Shown: piece by piece, positions 34,583-43,366 of the stretch
Layout: the number at the start of each line of letters is the position of its first letter
Numbering within the stretch: position 1 is the stretch's first letter
NCBI GenBank assembly: GCA_964400405.1
Contig: CAYNUO010000007.1
Span: 1 to 54,873 of the forward strand
Length of the DNA stretch: 54,873 nucleotides
Direction of reading: 5' to 3'
Source: an uncultured Bifidobacteriaceae bacterium
GTDB lineage: Bacteria > Acidobacteriota > Vicinamibacteria > Vicinamibacterales > UBA2999
Notes under the pieces: model-generated
Told to the model about the DNA's origin: nothing
The model's input: only the letters and a program-made list of their open reading frames with translations
Databases searched by the model: none
Program-made: the position numbers and the translations under genes

Positions 34583-35011
34583 GTGGGTAGTGTGAACAAA
34601 GTCATCCTGGTGGGGAACCTCGGACGCGACGCCGAGGTCCGGTTTACACCGAGCGGCGCGGCCGTCGCCAACTTCAGCATCGCCACGACCGAGGTCTGGA
34701 ACGACAAGAGCGGTCAGAAGCAGGAGAAGACCGAGTGGCACAAGGTCGTCCTGTGGGGCAAGGCGGCCGAGGCGCTGAAGGACTATCTCGTCAAGGGCAA
34801 GCAGATCTACGTCGAGGGCCGGCTCGAGACGCGCAAGTGGGAGAAGGACGGCGTCGAGCGCTACACCACCGAGGTCAAGGCCGACAAGATCACGCTGCTC
34901 GGCGGCGGTGGCGGCGGCGGCGGAAGCCGCAGCATGGATCGGAGCATGGGCCAGTCCGGTGGCGACGAGTCGCCGATGGAGCCCATCACCGACGACGACA
35001 TCCCCTTCTAG
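34583..35011 (+). CDS. ssb: Single-stranded DNA-binding protein
   Basis: GTG start after AAGGA. The OB fold begins [33 protein letters not shown] Gly-rich tail ends in the acidic tip DDDIPF. The track ORF 34229.. is an extension. Confidence 0.93.
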   Translation: MGSVNKVILVGNLGRDAEVRFTPSGAAVANFSIATTEVWNDKSGQKQEKTEWHKVVLWGKAAEALKDYLVKGKQIYVEGRLETRKWEKDGVERYTTEVKADKITLLGGGGGGGGSRSMDRSMGQSGGDESPMEPITDDDIPF

Positions 35012-35017
35012 ACGGCC

Positions 35018-35386
35018 GTGTCGTCACCCGTCAGACGCGTCGAGAAGCCGTGGGGCTACGAGATTCACTGGGCCCACACCGAGCGCTACGTCGGCAAGAT
35101 CCTGCACATCGACGCCGGTCATGCGTTGAGCCTGCAGTACCACGTGAAGAAGGACGAGACGGTCTACGTGCAGCGGGGCCGTCTCCGCTATGAGATCGAA
35201 CGCGATGGCGTCATGACGACGCTCGACCTCGGGCCTGGCGACGCGCTCCACGTGACGCCGGGCACGATTCACCGGATGACGGCGATCGAGGATACGGATG
35301 TGCTCGAGGCCTCGACGCCGGAGCTGGACGACGTCGTGCGGCTCGAAGACCGCTACGGCCGCGTCCCGGGCACGCCCGCGGGCTAG
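35018..35386 (+). CDS. Cupin-domain protein (phosphomannose-isomerase-type cupin)
   Basis: VEKPWGYEIHWAHTERYVGKILHIDAGHALSLQYHVKKDETVYVQRG matches the type II PMI-like cupin signature. Confidence 0.8.
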   Translation: MSSPVRRVEKPWGYEIHWAHTERYVGKILHIDAGHALSLQYHVKKDETVYVQRGRLRYEIERDGVMTTLDLGPGDALHVTPGTIHRMTAIEDTDVLEASTPELDDVVRLEDRYGRVPGTPAG

Positions 35387-35404
35387 CACGACGCGCCACC
35401 GCGG

Positions 35405-36298
35405 CTAGCTGTCGCGGTGGTTGACCCGGAGACGGATGCCCGGAATGGCCGCCAGCGTCTTCGCCAGCGCCTCGGCGATCATCACCGATCGATGCTGCCC
35501 GCCGGTGCAGCCGATGGCGACGGTCAGGTAGCTCTTCCCTTCCTTCACATACTGCGGCAGCGCAAAGGTCAGAAACGCCGTCAGCTGCTTCAGGAACGCG
35601 CCCGTCGCCGCGTGGCGCCGCATGTAGCGGACCACCGGCTGGTCGCGTCCCGTCAGCGGTTTGAGCGCCGGGACGAAGTGCGGGTTCGGCAGGCACCGGA
35701 CGTCGAAGACCAGGTCGGCGTCCAGCGCCGGCCCATGCTTGAAGCCGAAGCTCATCAGCGTCACGACCATCGCCGCCCGTTCGGTCGGGTCCTCGGACAG
35801 CCTCCTGAAGGCATCCCGCAGTTCGTGGACGGTCAGGTTCGACGTGTCGAGGATCAGGTCCGCCATGGACCGGATCGAGTTCAGCTTCCGCCGCTCCTCG
35901 CGGATCCCCTCGCCGACCGGACGATCCTTGGCCAGCGGATGCGGGCGGCGGGTCTCGCTGAAACGGCGCATCAGCGCCGAGTCGGACGCCTCGAGAAAAA
36001 TCAGCGTCGGCCTCAGCGCGAGGTTCTGCCGCAGCTTGCGATAGACCCGCGCGAAACTCGTCAGGAATCCGCTCTCGCGCACGTCGACGACGATGGCCAC
36101 GCGCGGGATGCCGGCGTCCTCGCGCAGCGCGAGGTCGGCGACCGTGGGTATGAGCTGCGTCGGCAGGTTGTCGATGCAGAAGTAGCCCAGGTCTTCCAGC
36201 GCCCGGATCGCGTGCGACTTGCCCGAGCCCGACAGCCCCGTCACGATGGTGAAGCGCGGGGCGTGTGGTGCGGGGCGGGTGCGCCGGGCTGCGGGCAT
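35405..36298 (-). CDS. rapZ: RNase adapter / nucleotide-binding protein RapZ (YhbJ family)
   Basis: Walker A TGLSGSGKSHAIRALEDLGYFCIDNLP. C-terminal CTGGQHRSV motif. Confidence 0.92.
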   Translation of the reverse strand: MPAARRTRPAPHAPRFTIVTGLSGSGKSHAIRALEDLGYFCIDNLPTQLIPTVADLALREDAGIPRVAIVVDVRESGFLTSFARVYRKLRQNLALRPTLIFLEASDSALMRRFSETRRPHPLAKDRPVGEGIREERRKLNSIRSMADLILDTSNLTVHELRDAFRRLSEDPTERAAMVVTLMSFGFKHGPALDADLVFDVRCLPNPHFVPALKPLTGRDQPVVRYMRRHAATGAFLKQLTAFLTFALPQYVKEGKSYLTVAIGCTGGQHRSVMIAEALAKTLAAIPGIRLRVNHRDS

Positions 36299-37728
36299 CA
36301 GTAGAGCACTTTGCGCTGGTTCGACGTCGGGATCTTCAGCTCTTCACGGTACTTCGCGATTGTGCGGCGGGCCAGTTCCAGGCCCTCGCGCTGGAGGATG
36401 CTGACGATCTTCGAGTCACTGAGCGGCTTGTGCGGATCCTCCTGCTCGATGATCTTGCGGATCCGCTGCTTGATGGTGACCGACGAGACGGCGTCGCCGT
36501 ACTGACTCGCGATGCCGCTGTGAAAGAAGTACTTCATCTCGAACACGCCCTGCGGCGTGTGCATGTACTTGTTCGTCACGACGCGGCTGACGGTCGACTC
36601 GTGCATGCCGATGTCGTTGGCGACGTCCCGCAGCACGAGCGGACGGAGGTACTCGATGCCGTGGTCCAGGAACTCGCGCTGGAAGTTGATGATGCTGGTC
36701 GCGACCTTGTGAATCGTGCGCTGGCGCTGCTCGACCGACTTGATGAGCCAGAGCGCCGAGCGGAACTTGTCCTTCACGTAGTTGCGCGTCTCGTCGGTGT
36801 TCTCGCCGCCCTTGTCCAGCAGCCGCCGGTAGACCGGGCTGATGCGCAGCTGCGGCAGGCCCTCCTCGTTCAGCACCGCGACGTACTCGTTCTCCACCTT
36901 CATCACGTAGACGTCGGGAATCACATACTGCGATTGCGACGGGTTGTGCCGGGCGCCCGGCTTCGGGTCCAGGTGGCGGATGATCTCGATGGGCTCCTTG
37001 AGCTCCTCGATCGACATCCCCATCTTCTTCGACAGCTCCTGGATCTGGTGGTTCTGCAGCAGCCGGAGGTGCTCGGTGACGATCGTCTCGGCGGGCGTCC
37101 CGCCGAGCCCGTGATGCCGGAGCTGCAGCGCGAGGCACTCCTGCAGGTCGCGCGCGGCGACACCCACCGGGTCGAAAGTCTGCACGAGCTGGAGCGCGCG
37201 CTCCACGTCGGCCGGCGCCCACGGCCCCATCGAGCCGATCTCGTCGAGCGTCGCGACGAGCTGGCCGTCGTCGTTGAGGTTCCCGATGATGGCCTCGCCG
37301 ATGCCGCGGATCAGGGGGTCGTCGGTCTGCATCGAGAGCTGCCAGAGGAGATGGTCGGAGAGAGAGTCCGACGTCGACAGCGTGTTCTCGATGGGCGGCA
37401 GCTCCTTGACCTCGGTGGGCGTGCGCGCCTTGTAACCGTCGTCGAGGTAGTCGCCGAAGAAGTATTCGTAGTCCTGGTCATCCCAGGTGTCCGTCTTGTC
37501 GTCCTGCTTGGCCTTCTCTTCCGCCTTCTCGGCCTCGGCCTGCGCCTCGGGCGGCTGGAGGTCTTCGGACGGGACCTCCTCGAGCATCGGGTTCTCCACC
37601 ATCTCCTGATTCAGCAGCTCCGAGAGCTCGAGCGTCGACATCGGCAGCAGCTTGATCGCCTGCTGCAGTGACGGCGTCAGAATCAGCTTCTGAACGAGAC
37701 GCGTGTGGAGTTTCTGATGAAGCGCCAT
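36298..37728 (-). CDS. rpoN: RNA polymerase sigma-54 factor
   Basis: N-terminal Leu/Gln-rich region I, a core-binding domain, and a C-terminal HTH plus RpoN box ARRTIAKYREEL. Confidence 0.96.
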   Translation of the reverse strand: MALHQKLHTRLVQKLILTPSLQQAIKLLPMSTLELSELLNQEMVENPMLEEVPSEDLQPPEAQAEAEKAEEKAKQDDKTDTWDDQDYEYFFGDYLDDGYKARTPTEVKELPPIENTLSTSDSLSDHLLWQLSMQTDDPLIRGIGEAIIGNLNDDGQLVATLDEIGSMGPWAPADVERALQLVQTFDPVGVAARDLQECLALQLRHHGLGGTPAETIVTEHLRLLQNHQIQELSKKMGMSIEELKEPIEIIRHLDPKPGARHNPSQSQYVIPDVYVMKVENEYVAVLNEEGLPQLRISPVYRRLLDKGGENTDETRNYVKDKFRSALWLIKSVEQRQRTIHKVATSIINFQREFLDHGIEYLRPLVLRDVANDIGMHESTVSRVVTNKYMHTPQGVFEMKYFFHSGIASQYGDAVSSVTIKQRIRKIIEQEDPHKPLSDSKIVSILQREGLELARRTIAKYREELKIPTSNQRKVLY

Positions 37729-37760
37729 TCGAGATGGCCCCGCACGGGGCTACGTCGAGT

Positions 37761-38486
37761 TTAGTCCAAGCGGAAGTCGGACCCGAGGTAAATCCGGCGC
37801 ACCTCCTCGTCCGCGGCCAGCTCCCCGGGCCGTCCCGCGCGGAAGAGCACGCCGTCGCTGACGATGTACGCACGATCCGTGATGCGGAGCGTTTCGCGCA
37901 CGTTGTGATCGGTGACGAGTACGCCGATTCCGCGCGCCTTGAGCTGCTGGATGATGCCCTGGATTTCGGTGATCGCGATGGGGTCGATGCCCGCGAACGG
38001 CTCATCGAGCAGGATGAAGCGCGGCGACATGACCAGCGCGCGCGTGATTTCGGTCCTGCGCCGTTCGCCGCCCGACAGCGTGTGCGCGGGAGACTTCGCC
38101 AACGGCGCGAGGTGCAGCTCATCGAGCAGCTCGGCGAGGCGGGTACGGCGCTCCGCGCGCGAGAGCGGCAGCGACTCGAGAATCGCGAGAATGTTCTGCT
38201 CGACGGTCAGGCCGCGGAAGATCGACGGCTCCTGCGGCAGATAGCCGATGCCCTTCCGGGCCCGGATGTACATCGGCGCGGCGGTGACGTCCTCGCCGTC
38301 GAGCAGCACGCGGCCGGAGTCCGGCGAGGTCAGGCCGACGGTCATGTGGAACGTCGTCGTCTTACCGGCACCGTTCGGCCCCAGCAGGCCGACGACTTCC
38401 CCCGCCGCGACGGAGATGCTCACGCCGCGCACGACGGTGCGGCCGCTGAAGGATTTGGTGAGGTCGACGGTCTGGAGCGTGGGCAT
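37761..38486 (-). CDS. lptB: LPS export ABC transporter ATP-binding protein LptB
   Basis: Walker [11 protein letters not shown], signature LSGGERRR, Walker [11 protein letters not shown]. 241 aa, directly upstream of rpoN. Confidence 0.93.
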   Translation of the reverse strand: MPTLQTVDLTKSFSGRTVVRGVSISVAAGEVVGLLGPNGAGKTTTFHMTVGLTSPDSGRVLLDGEDVTAAPMYIRARKGIGYLPQEPSIFRGLTVEQNILAILESLPLSRAERRTRLAELLDELHLAPLAKSPAHTLSGGERRRTEITRALVMSPRFILLDEPFAGIDPIAITEIQGIIQQLKARGIGVLVTDHNVRETLRITDRAYIVSDGVLFRAGRPGELAADEEVRRIYLGSDFRLD

Positions 38487-40633
38487 CAGGGCGTGCGGAG
38501 AGGCGTGGGCGCCGGGGCGGGCGTGCAGGGGCCTCCGCGGCTCTTCGTCTGCGTCCGCGCATCGTCGCGGCCGTCGATGAGCATCCTATCGGTGGCCCGG
38601 AACCAGGTCAACGTCCGGCCGGTCGTCGAGTCGCACGCCTGCGTGACCGTGACGGGCGCGGCCGGCGTGCCCTCCACGTCGTAGCGCTCGTCCTTCACGG
38701 CGTACCGCAGTCGCGCGCCGGCGATCGTCCGCGCGTCGACGGTCATCGTCACGCGCCCGGTCGCGTCCATCCGCTCCATCGCCCGGGATTCGCCGGCCAG
38801 CGTGATCACGATGCGGTCCGCACGCAGGTCGCCCTGCGGCCCCGACAGCTGGGCCGGGGCCCGGACCGCCGGTGCGGCGGCGCCACGGGCCACCGGGACG
38901 CCGGATGCGGGATCGGAGTACTCGAGCGTGCGGCCCGCGTCAGTGTAGTGGATGCGCTCGGCGCGGCTGATGAGGGCGCCCGTCTCGAGGGCCAGCGTGG
39001 CGCGGGTCGCGCCGGTGGCATCGAGGTCGCCCGAGTCACGGTCGAGAACGAGCTGCTGGCAGCGAATCGTCGTCTCGCCCTGCCAGAGCTGTACGCCGCC
39101 GGCATAGGACGCCTGACCGCCCGCGTCGCCCCCATAGCTGAAGCGATCCGCGTTCACGCGCGCGGCCTGGGACCGGTCGAGCACGCCCGCGGTATCGCCG
39201 CCTTTCTCGGCCCGGAGTTCCGTTTCCACGTGACCGGTTGCGGTCATCTCGTGGGTGCTGAGCGTCAGCGCGATCCGATCGCTGGCGACCCGCACGCGTG
39301 GGTCTTCGACCCGCGGCAGGCCCTGCGGCCCGCGTCCATCGAGCAGCAGGGTGCCCGCGACCGGGTCATAGTCCGCGCTGCCGGCCGCGGCGGTGAGGTC
39401 CTGCTCGTCGAAGGTGACGCCGCCCGCAAACCGCGCGCGCTCGACGGCCTCCTCCTTCAGCTCGAGGGCGAGCGAGGCCGACCGGGCCGTGCGTACGGCG
39501 CCGCTCTTTCCGGCCGCGTCCTTGCCGGCGGGGGTCTCCGAGAATGTCACGCCACCCGAAAACGCCGCCGCGCGCAGACCCTGCCCGGGAGGTCCGGACG
39601 CGGCCACCTGCCGGGCCGTCACGGCCCGCCGGGGTGTCTCGGCGGTGGCGGGAAGCTCGAGCCGGACGCTGCCCTGCCCGGAGAGCCCGGTCACCGAGGT
39701 GCCGTCGGCAAGCGTGAAACCGAGCCGGTCGCCGAAGAACTGCCGTCCGGGACTCCCCTTCGTCGCCCCCGTCAGCGCCACGGCGGCCTTGCCGGCCAGC
39801 GCCACCCGCTCCATCACGGACCCGTCCTCGTTGTAGGCGAGGTCGATGCTGTCGGCCGACATCGAATCGAAGGCGGCGGAGCCGCCGGCCACACGGGCCG
39901 TGCCCCGCAGTTCGAGCGCCGTGACCTGTTCGTTGCTCTCGGTCAGCCGGGCCAGCAGCCGGTCGGCGTCCAGGTTCTGCTCGCCGCGGATGGCGTGCGC
40001 CTGTCCGTCGATCGCGAGCGTGTGCACGACACGGTCGAGCGTGGCTGAACCGCCCGACACATCGGTTGTGACGGCGCCCGACTCGTCGCGGAAGATCACG
40101 TGGGCCTGCGACGCGATGGTCAGGATGTCCGCGGCCTTGTCGTAATCCATGCCGACGCCGCTGCCCTCCATCCGTCCGCGGCGGAACGTGAAGGCGCCCG
40201 GAGCCCGCACCAGCCCGTCGGCCTCGGTGTAGTGCGCCTCCGCGGTGTCGATCTCGAAGCCATCGCTGGCCTTCAGGTGCACGTCGCCGGTCAGGTCCAG
40301 CGAGCTGTTCTTCTCACCGGCGCGCGCTTCGCGGCCCGACATCACGAAGTCGCGGCCGCTCCGGTTCTTGACCGTGATCGTGACGTCGCGCGACAGCGAC
40401 GTGCCGTCGGGATACAGGAACTGGTGCGCGGCGCGGACCTGGTAGTCCTCCTTGACGCCGCGGATCTCGGTCGTCGTCGAGCCGGTCGTCTCCACGCTCG
40501 CCTTCGGATCGAGACGCGGTGGCGCGGGTTGGGCGACACGGGCCGGACGGGATCGGACGTTCGTCACGATCACCGCCACGACAGCCGCGCCCGCCAGGGC
40601 GGCGGCCACGCGGGCCAGCGTGTGCCATCTCAT
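38486..40633 (-). CDS. Giant LptC/LptA-like periplasmic protein (N-terminal TM anchor plus multiple OstA-type beta-jellyroll repeats)
   Basis: 715 aa starting [26 protein letters not shown] (ATG 40631-40633, ATGA overlap with the recJ stop). The AD(R/S)...G(G/D)V... pattern typical of LptC/LptA/LptD-N folds recurs along the whole length. Occupies the lptC-lptA slot upstream of lptB. Confidence 0.7.
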   Translation of the reverse strand: MRWHTLARVAAALAGAAVVAVIVTNVRSRPARVAQPAPPRLDPKASVETTGSTTTEIRGVKEDYQVRAAHQFLYPDGTSLSRDVTITVKNRSGRDFVMSGREARAGEKNSSLDLTGDVHLKASDGFEIDTAEAHYTEADGLVRAPGAFTFRRGRMEGSGVGMDYDKAADILTIASQAHVIFRDESGAVTTDVSGGSATLDRVVHTLAIDGQAHAIRGEQNLDADRLLARLTESNEQVTALELRGTARVAGGSAAFDSMSADSIDLAYNEDGSVMERVALAGKAAVALTGATKGSPGRQFFGDRLGFTLADGTSVTGLSGQGSVRLELPATAETPRRAVTARQVAASGPPGQGLRAAAFSGGVTFSETPAGKDAAGKSGAVRTARSASLALELKEEAVERARFAGGVTFDEQDLTAAAGSADYDPVAGTLLLDGRGPQGLPRVEDPRVRVASDRIALTLSTHEMTATGHVETELRAEKGGDTAGVLDRSQAARVNADRFSYGGDAGGQASYAGGVQLWQGETTIRCQQLVLDRDSGDLDATGATRATLALETGALISRAERIHYTDAGRTLEYSDPASGVPVARGAAAPAVRAPAQLSGPQGDLRADRIVITLAGESRAMERMDATGRVTMTVDARTIAGARLRYAVKDERYDVEGTPAAPVTVTQACDSTTGRTLTWFRATDRMLIDGRDDARTQTKSRGGPCTPAPAPTPLRTP

Positions 40634-42399
40634 GGGACTGGAGTCGAGGATACCAGCCGGGGCGCGCCCAGCTCGGCAATCGGGAGGCCCGGCGCACGGA
40701 AGTCCTCGACGGTGAGCTGCACGTAGCGCTCGCCGTTCCAGGTGTCCTCGCCGACGGCGTAGGCGATGTCCAGCGCGCCCTTGTTGGCGATGACCGTCTC
40801 CTGCCGTTCCACGGCCCGCCAGGCCATGCCCCGGAGCACCCGGCCGTCCTGCCGGAACGCCATCTTCAGGTGCCGCTCCTTGACGACGCGGGGGCCGTCC
40901 GCCACGGCCACCGACGACGAGTAGAACAGTGGGCGCGGGTTGCCGGGGCCGAACGGCGCCAGCGACTCGAGTTCGGCGAGCAGTCCCGGCGTGATGGCGT
41001 TGAGCGCCAGCTCGGCGTCCACCGTCAGACGCGGCCGCAGGTCGTCGGGCTCCAGGCTCGCATCGGCGAAGACATTCACGCGCCGCCGCAGCTCGGCCAC
41101 GTGCCCCGCCTCCATGGTCAGCCCGGCCGCCTGGCGGTGACCCCCGAAGCGCGTCATCAGGTCCGCGCACGACTCGAGCGCGCCGAGCACGTCGAAGCCG
41201 GCGATGCTCCGGCAGGAGCCGTGAGCGACGCCGTCGTCGATCGAGATCACGATGGCCGGGCGATGGAACGCGTCGACGAGCTTCGACGCCACGATGCCGA
41301 TGACGCCACGGTGCCAGCCCTCGCCTGCCACGACGAGCACGGTGCGCGCGCCAATGGCCGGGTCCTTCTCGACGAGCGCCTTCGCCTGCTGGACGATCGC
41401 CGCCTCTTCGTCGCGCCGGCGCAGATTCTCGGCGTTGAGCTGCTCGGCCAGCTCCCGCGCCTCGGCCGCCAGGCTCTCGTCGCTGGCCAGCAGCAGCCGC
41501 GCCGCGATGTCGGGCGTGCTCATCCGTCCGGCCGCATTGATGCGCGGCGCGATCACGAAGCCGACGTGGTAGCCGTCGATGGCCTTGCCGGTGAGGCCTG
41601 ACGCCTCCAGCAACGCCCGCAGGCCGACCTTGTGCGGCCCCTTCGACAGCAGCGCGAGGCCGACCTTCGCGATGACGCGGTTCTCCCCGACGAGCGGGAC
41701 GACGTCCGCCAGCGTGCCGATGGCGGCGATCTTCACGAAGGCCGGCAGCCAGCTCTCATGACCCGCGCGCCGGCAGAGCGCCTGCACCACCTTGAGCGCC
41801 ACGCCGACGCCCGCCAGCTGCTTGTCCGGATAGTCGCAGTCCGGGCGTTTGGGGTTGACCACCGCGCAGGCGTCGGGCAGCTCGGAGTCAGGCTCATGGT
41901 GGTCCGTGATGATCAGGTCGACGCCGAGGGCCCGCGCCCGCGCGGCGGCCTCGGCGGCCCGGATGCCGCAGTCGACGGAGATGATGAGCCGCACGCCTTC
42001 GCCGGCCAGCCGCTCGATCGACGCCGGCTGGAGCCCGTATCCGTCACGGAAGCGCTCGGGGATGAAGTGCGTGATGTTGCCGCCCAGCAGCTCGATCGCG
42101 CGCCGGAGGATGACCGTCGACGTGACGCCGTCGACGTCGTAGTCCCCGTGCACCGCAATCCGCTCCCCCGCCGTAATCGCCGCCTCGATGCGGGTGACGG
42201 CGTCCGCCATGCCGGCCATCCGCATCGGGTCATGCAGCTGGTCGAGCGATGGCGCGAGAAAACGGCGGGCGTCTTCCGCCTCCGAGAGCCCGCGCAGCAC
42301 GAGCAGCCGGGCCGTGACGCGCGAGATGCCGAGCGTCCGCGCCAGCGCATCGACCGCCTCGGGGTCGGCCGCCCGGGCCTGCCAGATGCGTGGAATCAC
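40630..42399 (-). CDS. recJ: Single-stranded-DNA-specific exonuclease RecJ
   Basis: DHH motifs VHGDYDVDGVTS and IITDHHEP, plus a DHHA1 domain. Start set at GTG 42399 (GTGA overlap with the accA stop). The track extension to 42654 overlaps accA. Confidence 0.92.
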   Translation of the reverse strand: MIPRIWQARAADPEAVDALARTLGISRVTARLLVLRGLSEAEDARRFLAPSLDQLHDPMRMAGMADAVTRIEAAITAGERIAVHGDYDVDGVTSTVILRRAIELLGGNITHFIPERFRDGYGLQPASIERLAGEGVRLIISVDCGIRAAEAAARARALGVDLIITDHHEPDSELPDACAVVNPKRPDCDYPDKQLAGVGVALKVVQALCRRAGHESWLPAFVKIAAIGTLADVVPLVGENRVIAKVGLALLSKGPHKVGLRALLEASGLTGKAIDGYHVGFVIAPRINAAGRMSTPDIAARLLLASDESLAAEARELAEQLNAENLRRRDEEAAIVQQAKALVEKDPAIGARTVLVVAGEGWHRGVIGIVASKLVDAFHRPAIVISIDDGVAHGSCRSIAGFDVLGALESCADLMTRFGGHRQAAGLTMEAGHVAELRRRVNVFADASLEPDDLRPRLTVDAELALNAITPGLLAELESLAPFGPGNPRPLFYSSSVAVADGPRVVKERHLKMAFRQDGRVLRGMAWRAVERQETVIANKGALDIAYAVGEDTWNGERYVQLTVEDFRAPGLPIAELGAPRLVSSTPVP

Positions 42400-43352
42400 G
42401 CGAGGCCGACGTTCCCCATCTGGCGGAACTTGGCATACCGCAGGTCCAGCCGCGCGGTGGTATCGAGCGCGGCCGACGCGGCGAGGGCCGCGCGCAGCGG
42501 GCCGTCGAGGAACGCGGCGGCGGCGGCGTGGTCCGTGTGTGCTCCGCCGGCGGGCTCCGGAATGATCTCGTCGATGATCCCGACCTTCAGCAGATCCGGC
42601 GCGGTGAGCTTGAGCGCGTCGGCGGCTTCGACCTTCCGGTCCGAACTGCGCCACAGAATCGCCGCGCAGCCTTCCGGCGGAATCACGCTGTAGACCGCGT
42701 ACTCGTGCATCAGGATCCGGTCGCCGACGGCGATGCCGAGCGCGCCGCCGCTGCCACCCTCGCCGTGCACGATCACGATGATCGGCACCGTGAGCGCCGC
42801 CATCTCGCGCAGGTTCACGGCGATCGCTTCCGCGATGCCCCGCTCCTCGGACTCGATGCCGGGAAACGCCGCGGGCGTGTCGACGAAGGCCAGGACGGGC
42901 CGGTTGAACTTCTCCGCCAGCTTCATCGCGCGCAGCGCCTTCCGGTAGCCCTCGGGCTTGGCGTACCCGAAGTTGCGGAAGATCTTCTGCTTGGTGTCGC
43001 CGCCACCCTTGTGGTGGCCGACGATGAGCACCTGCTCACCGTGATACCGCGCGAACCCGGTCACGAAGGCGTGGTCGTCCGCGAAGCGCCGGTCGCCGTG
43101 GATCTCCACGAACTCGGTGAAGAGCTGGTCGACGTAGTCGAGCACGGTCGGCCGGTTCGGATGCCGCGCCACCGTCACGCGCTGCCACGGCGTCAGGTGG
43201 GCGTAGATGTCGGCGCGCAGTGCCTCGATGCGTGCCTCGAGGCTCGCGATGGACTGCTGCCGCGCCGGCGTCTCTGGAAGGCTCGCCACGGCGGCGATCT
43301 CCTTCTGCAACAGCACGATCGGTTCTTCGAACTCCAGCGTGTCAGCGGCCAT
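42396..43352 (-). CDS. accA: Acetyl-CoA carboxylase carboxyltransferase subunit alpha
   Basis: 318 aa. RPTVLDYVDQLFTEFVEIHGDRRFADD and DTPAAFPGIESEERGIAEAIA match AccA. Confidence 0.95.
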   Translation of the reverse strand: MAADTLEFEEPIVLLQKEIAAVASLPETPARQQSIASLEARIEALRADIYAHLTPWQRVTVARHPNRPTVLDYVDQLFTEFVEIHGDRRFADDHAFVTGFARYHGEQVLIVGHHKGGGDTKQKIFRNFGYAKPEGYRKALRAMKLAEKFNRPVLAFVDTPAAFPGIESEERGIAEAIAVNLREMAALTVPIIVIVHGEGGSGGALGIAVGDRILMHEYAVYSVIPPEGCAAILWRSSDRKVEAADALKLTAPDLLKVGIIDEIIPEPAGGAHTDHAAAAAFLDGPLRAALAASAALDTTARLDLRYAKFRQMGNVGLA

Positions 43353-43366
43353 AACCCGACTCCCTG

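Noticed and set aside
39225-39245. CACGTG-centred sequences (for example gtttccacgtgaccgg at about 39228 and ggccacgtggac at about 23583) checked as possible parS sites for the ParAB system.
   Set aside because: The flanks are not palindromic and do not match TGTTNCACGTGAAACA beyond the central hexamer. All of them lie inside coding regions.
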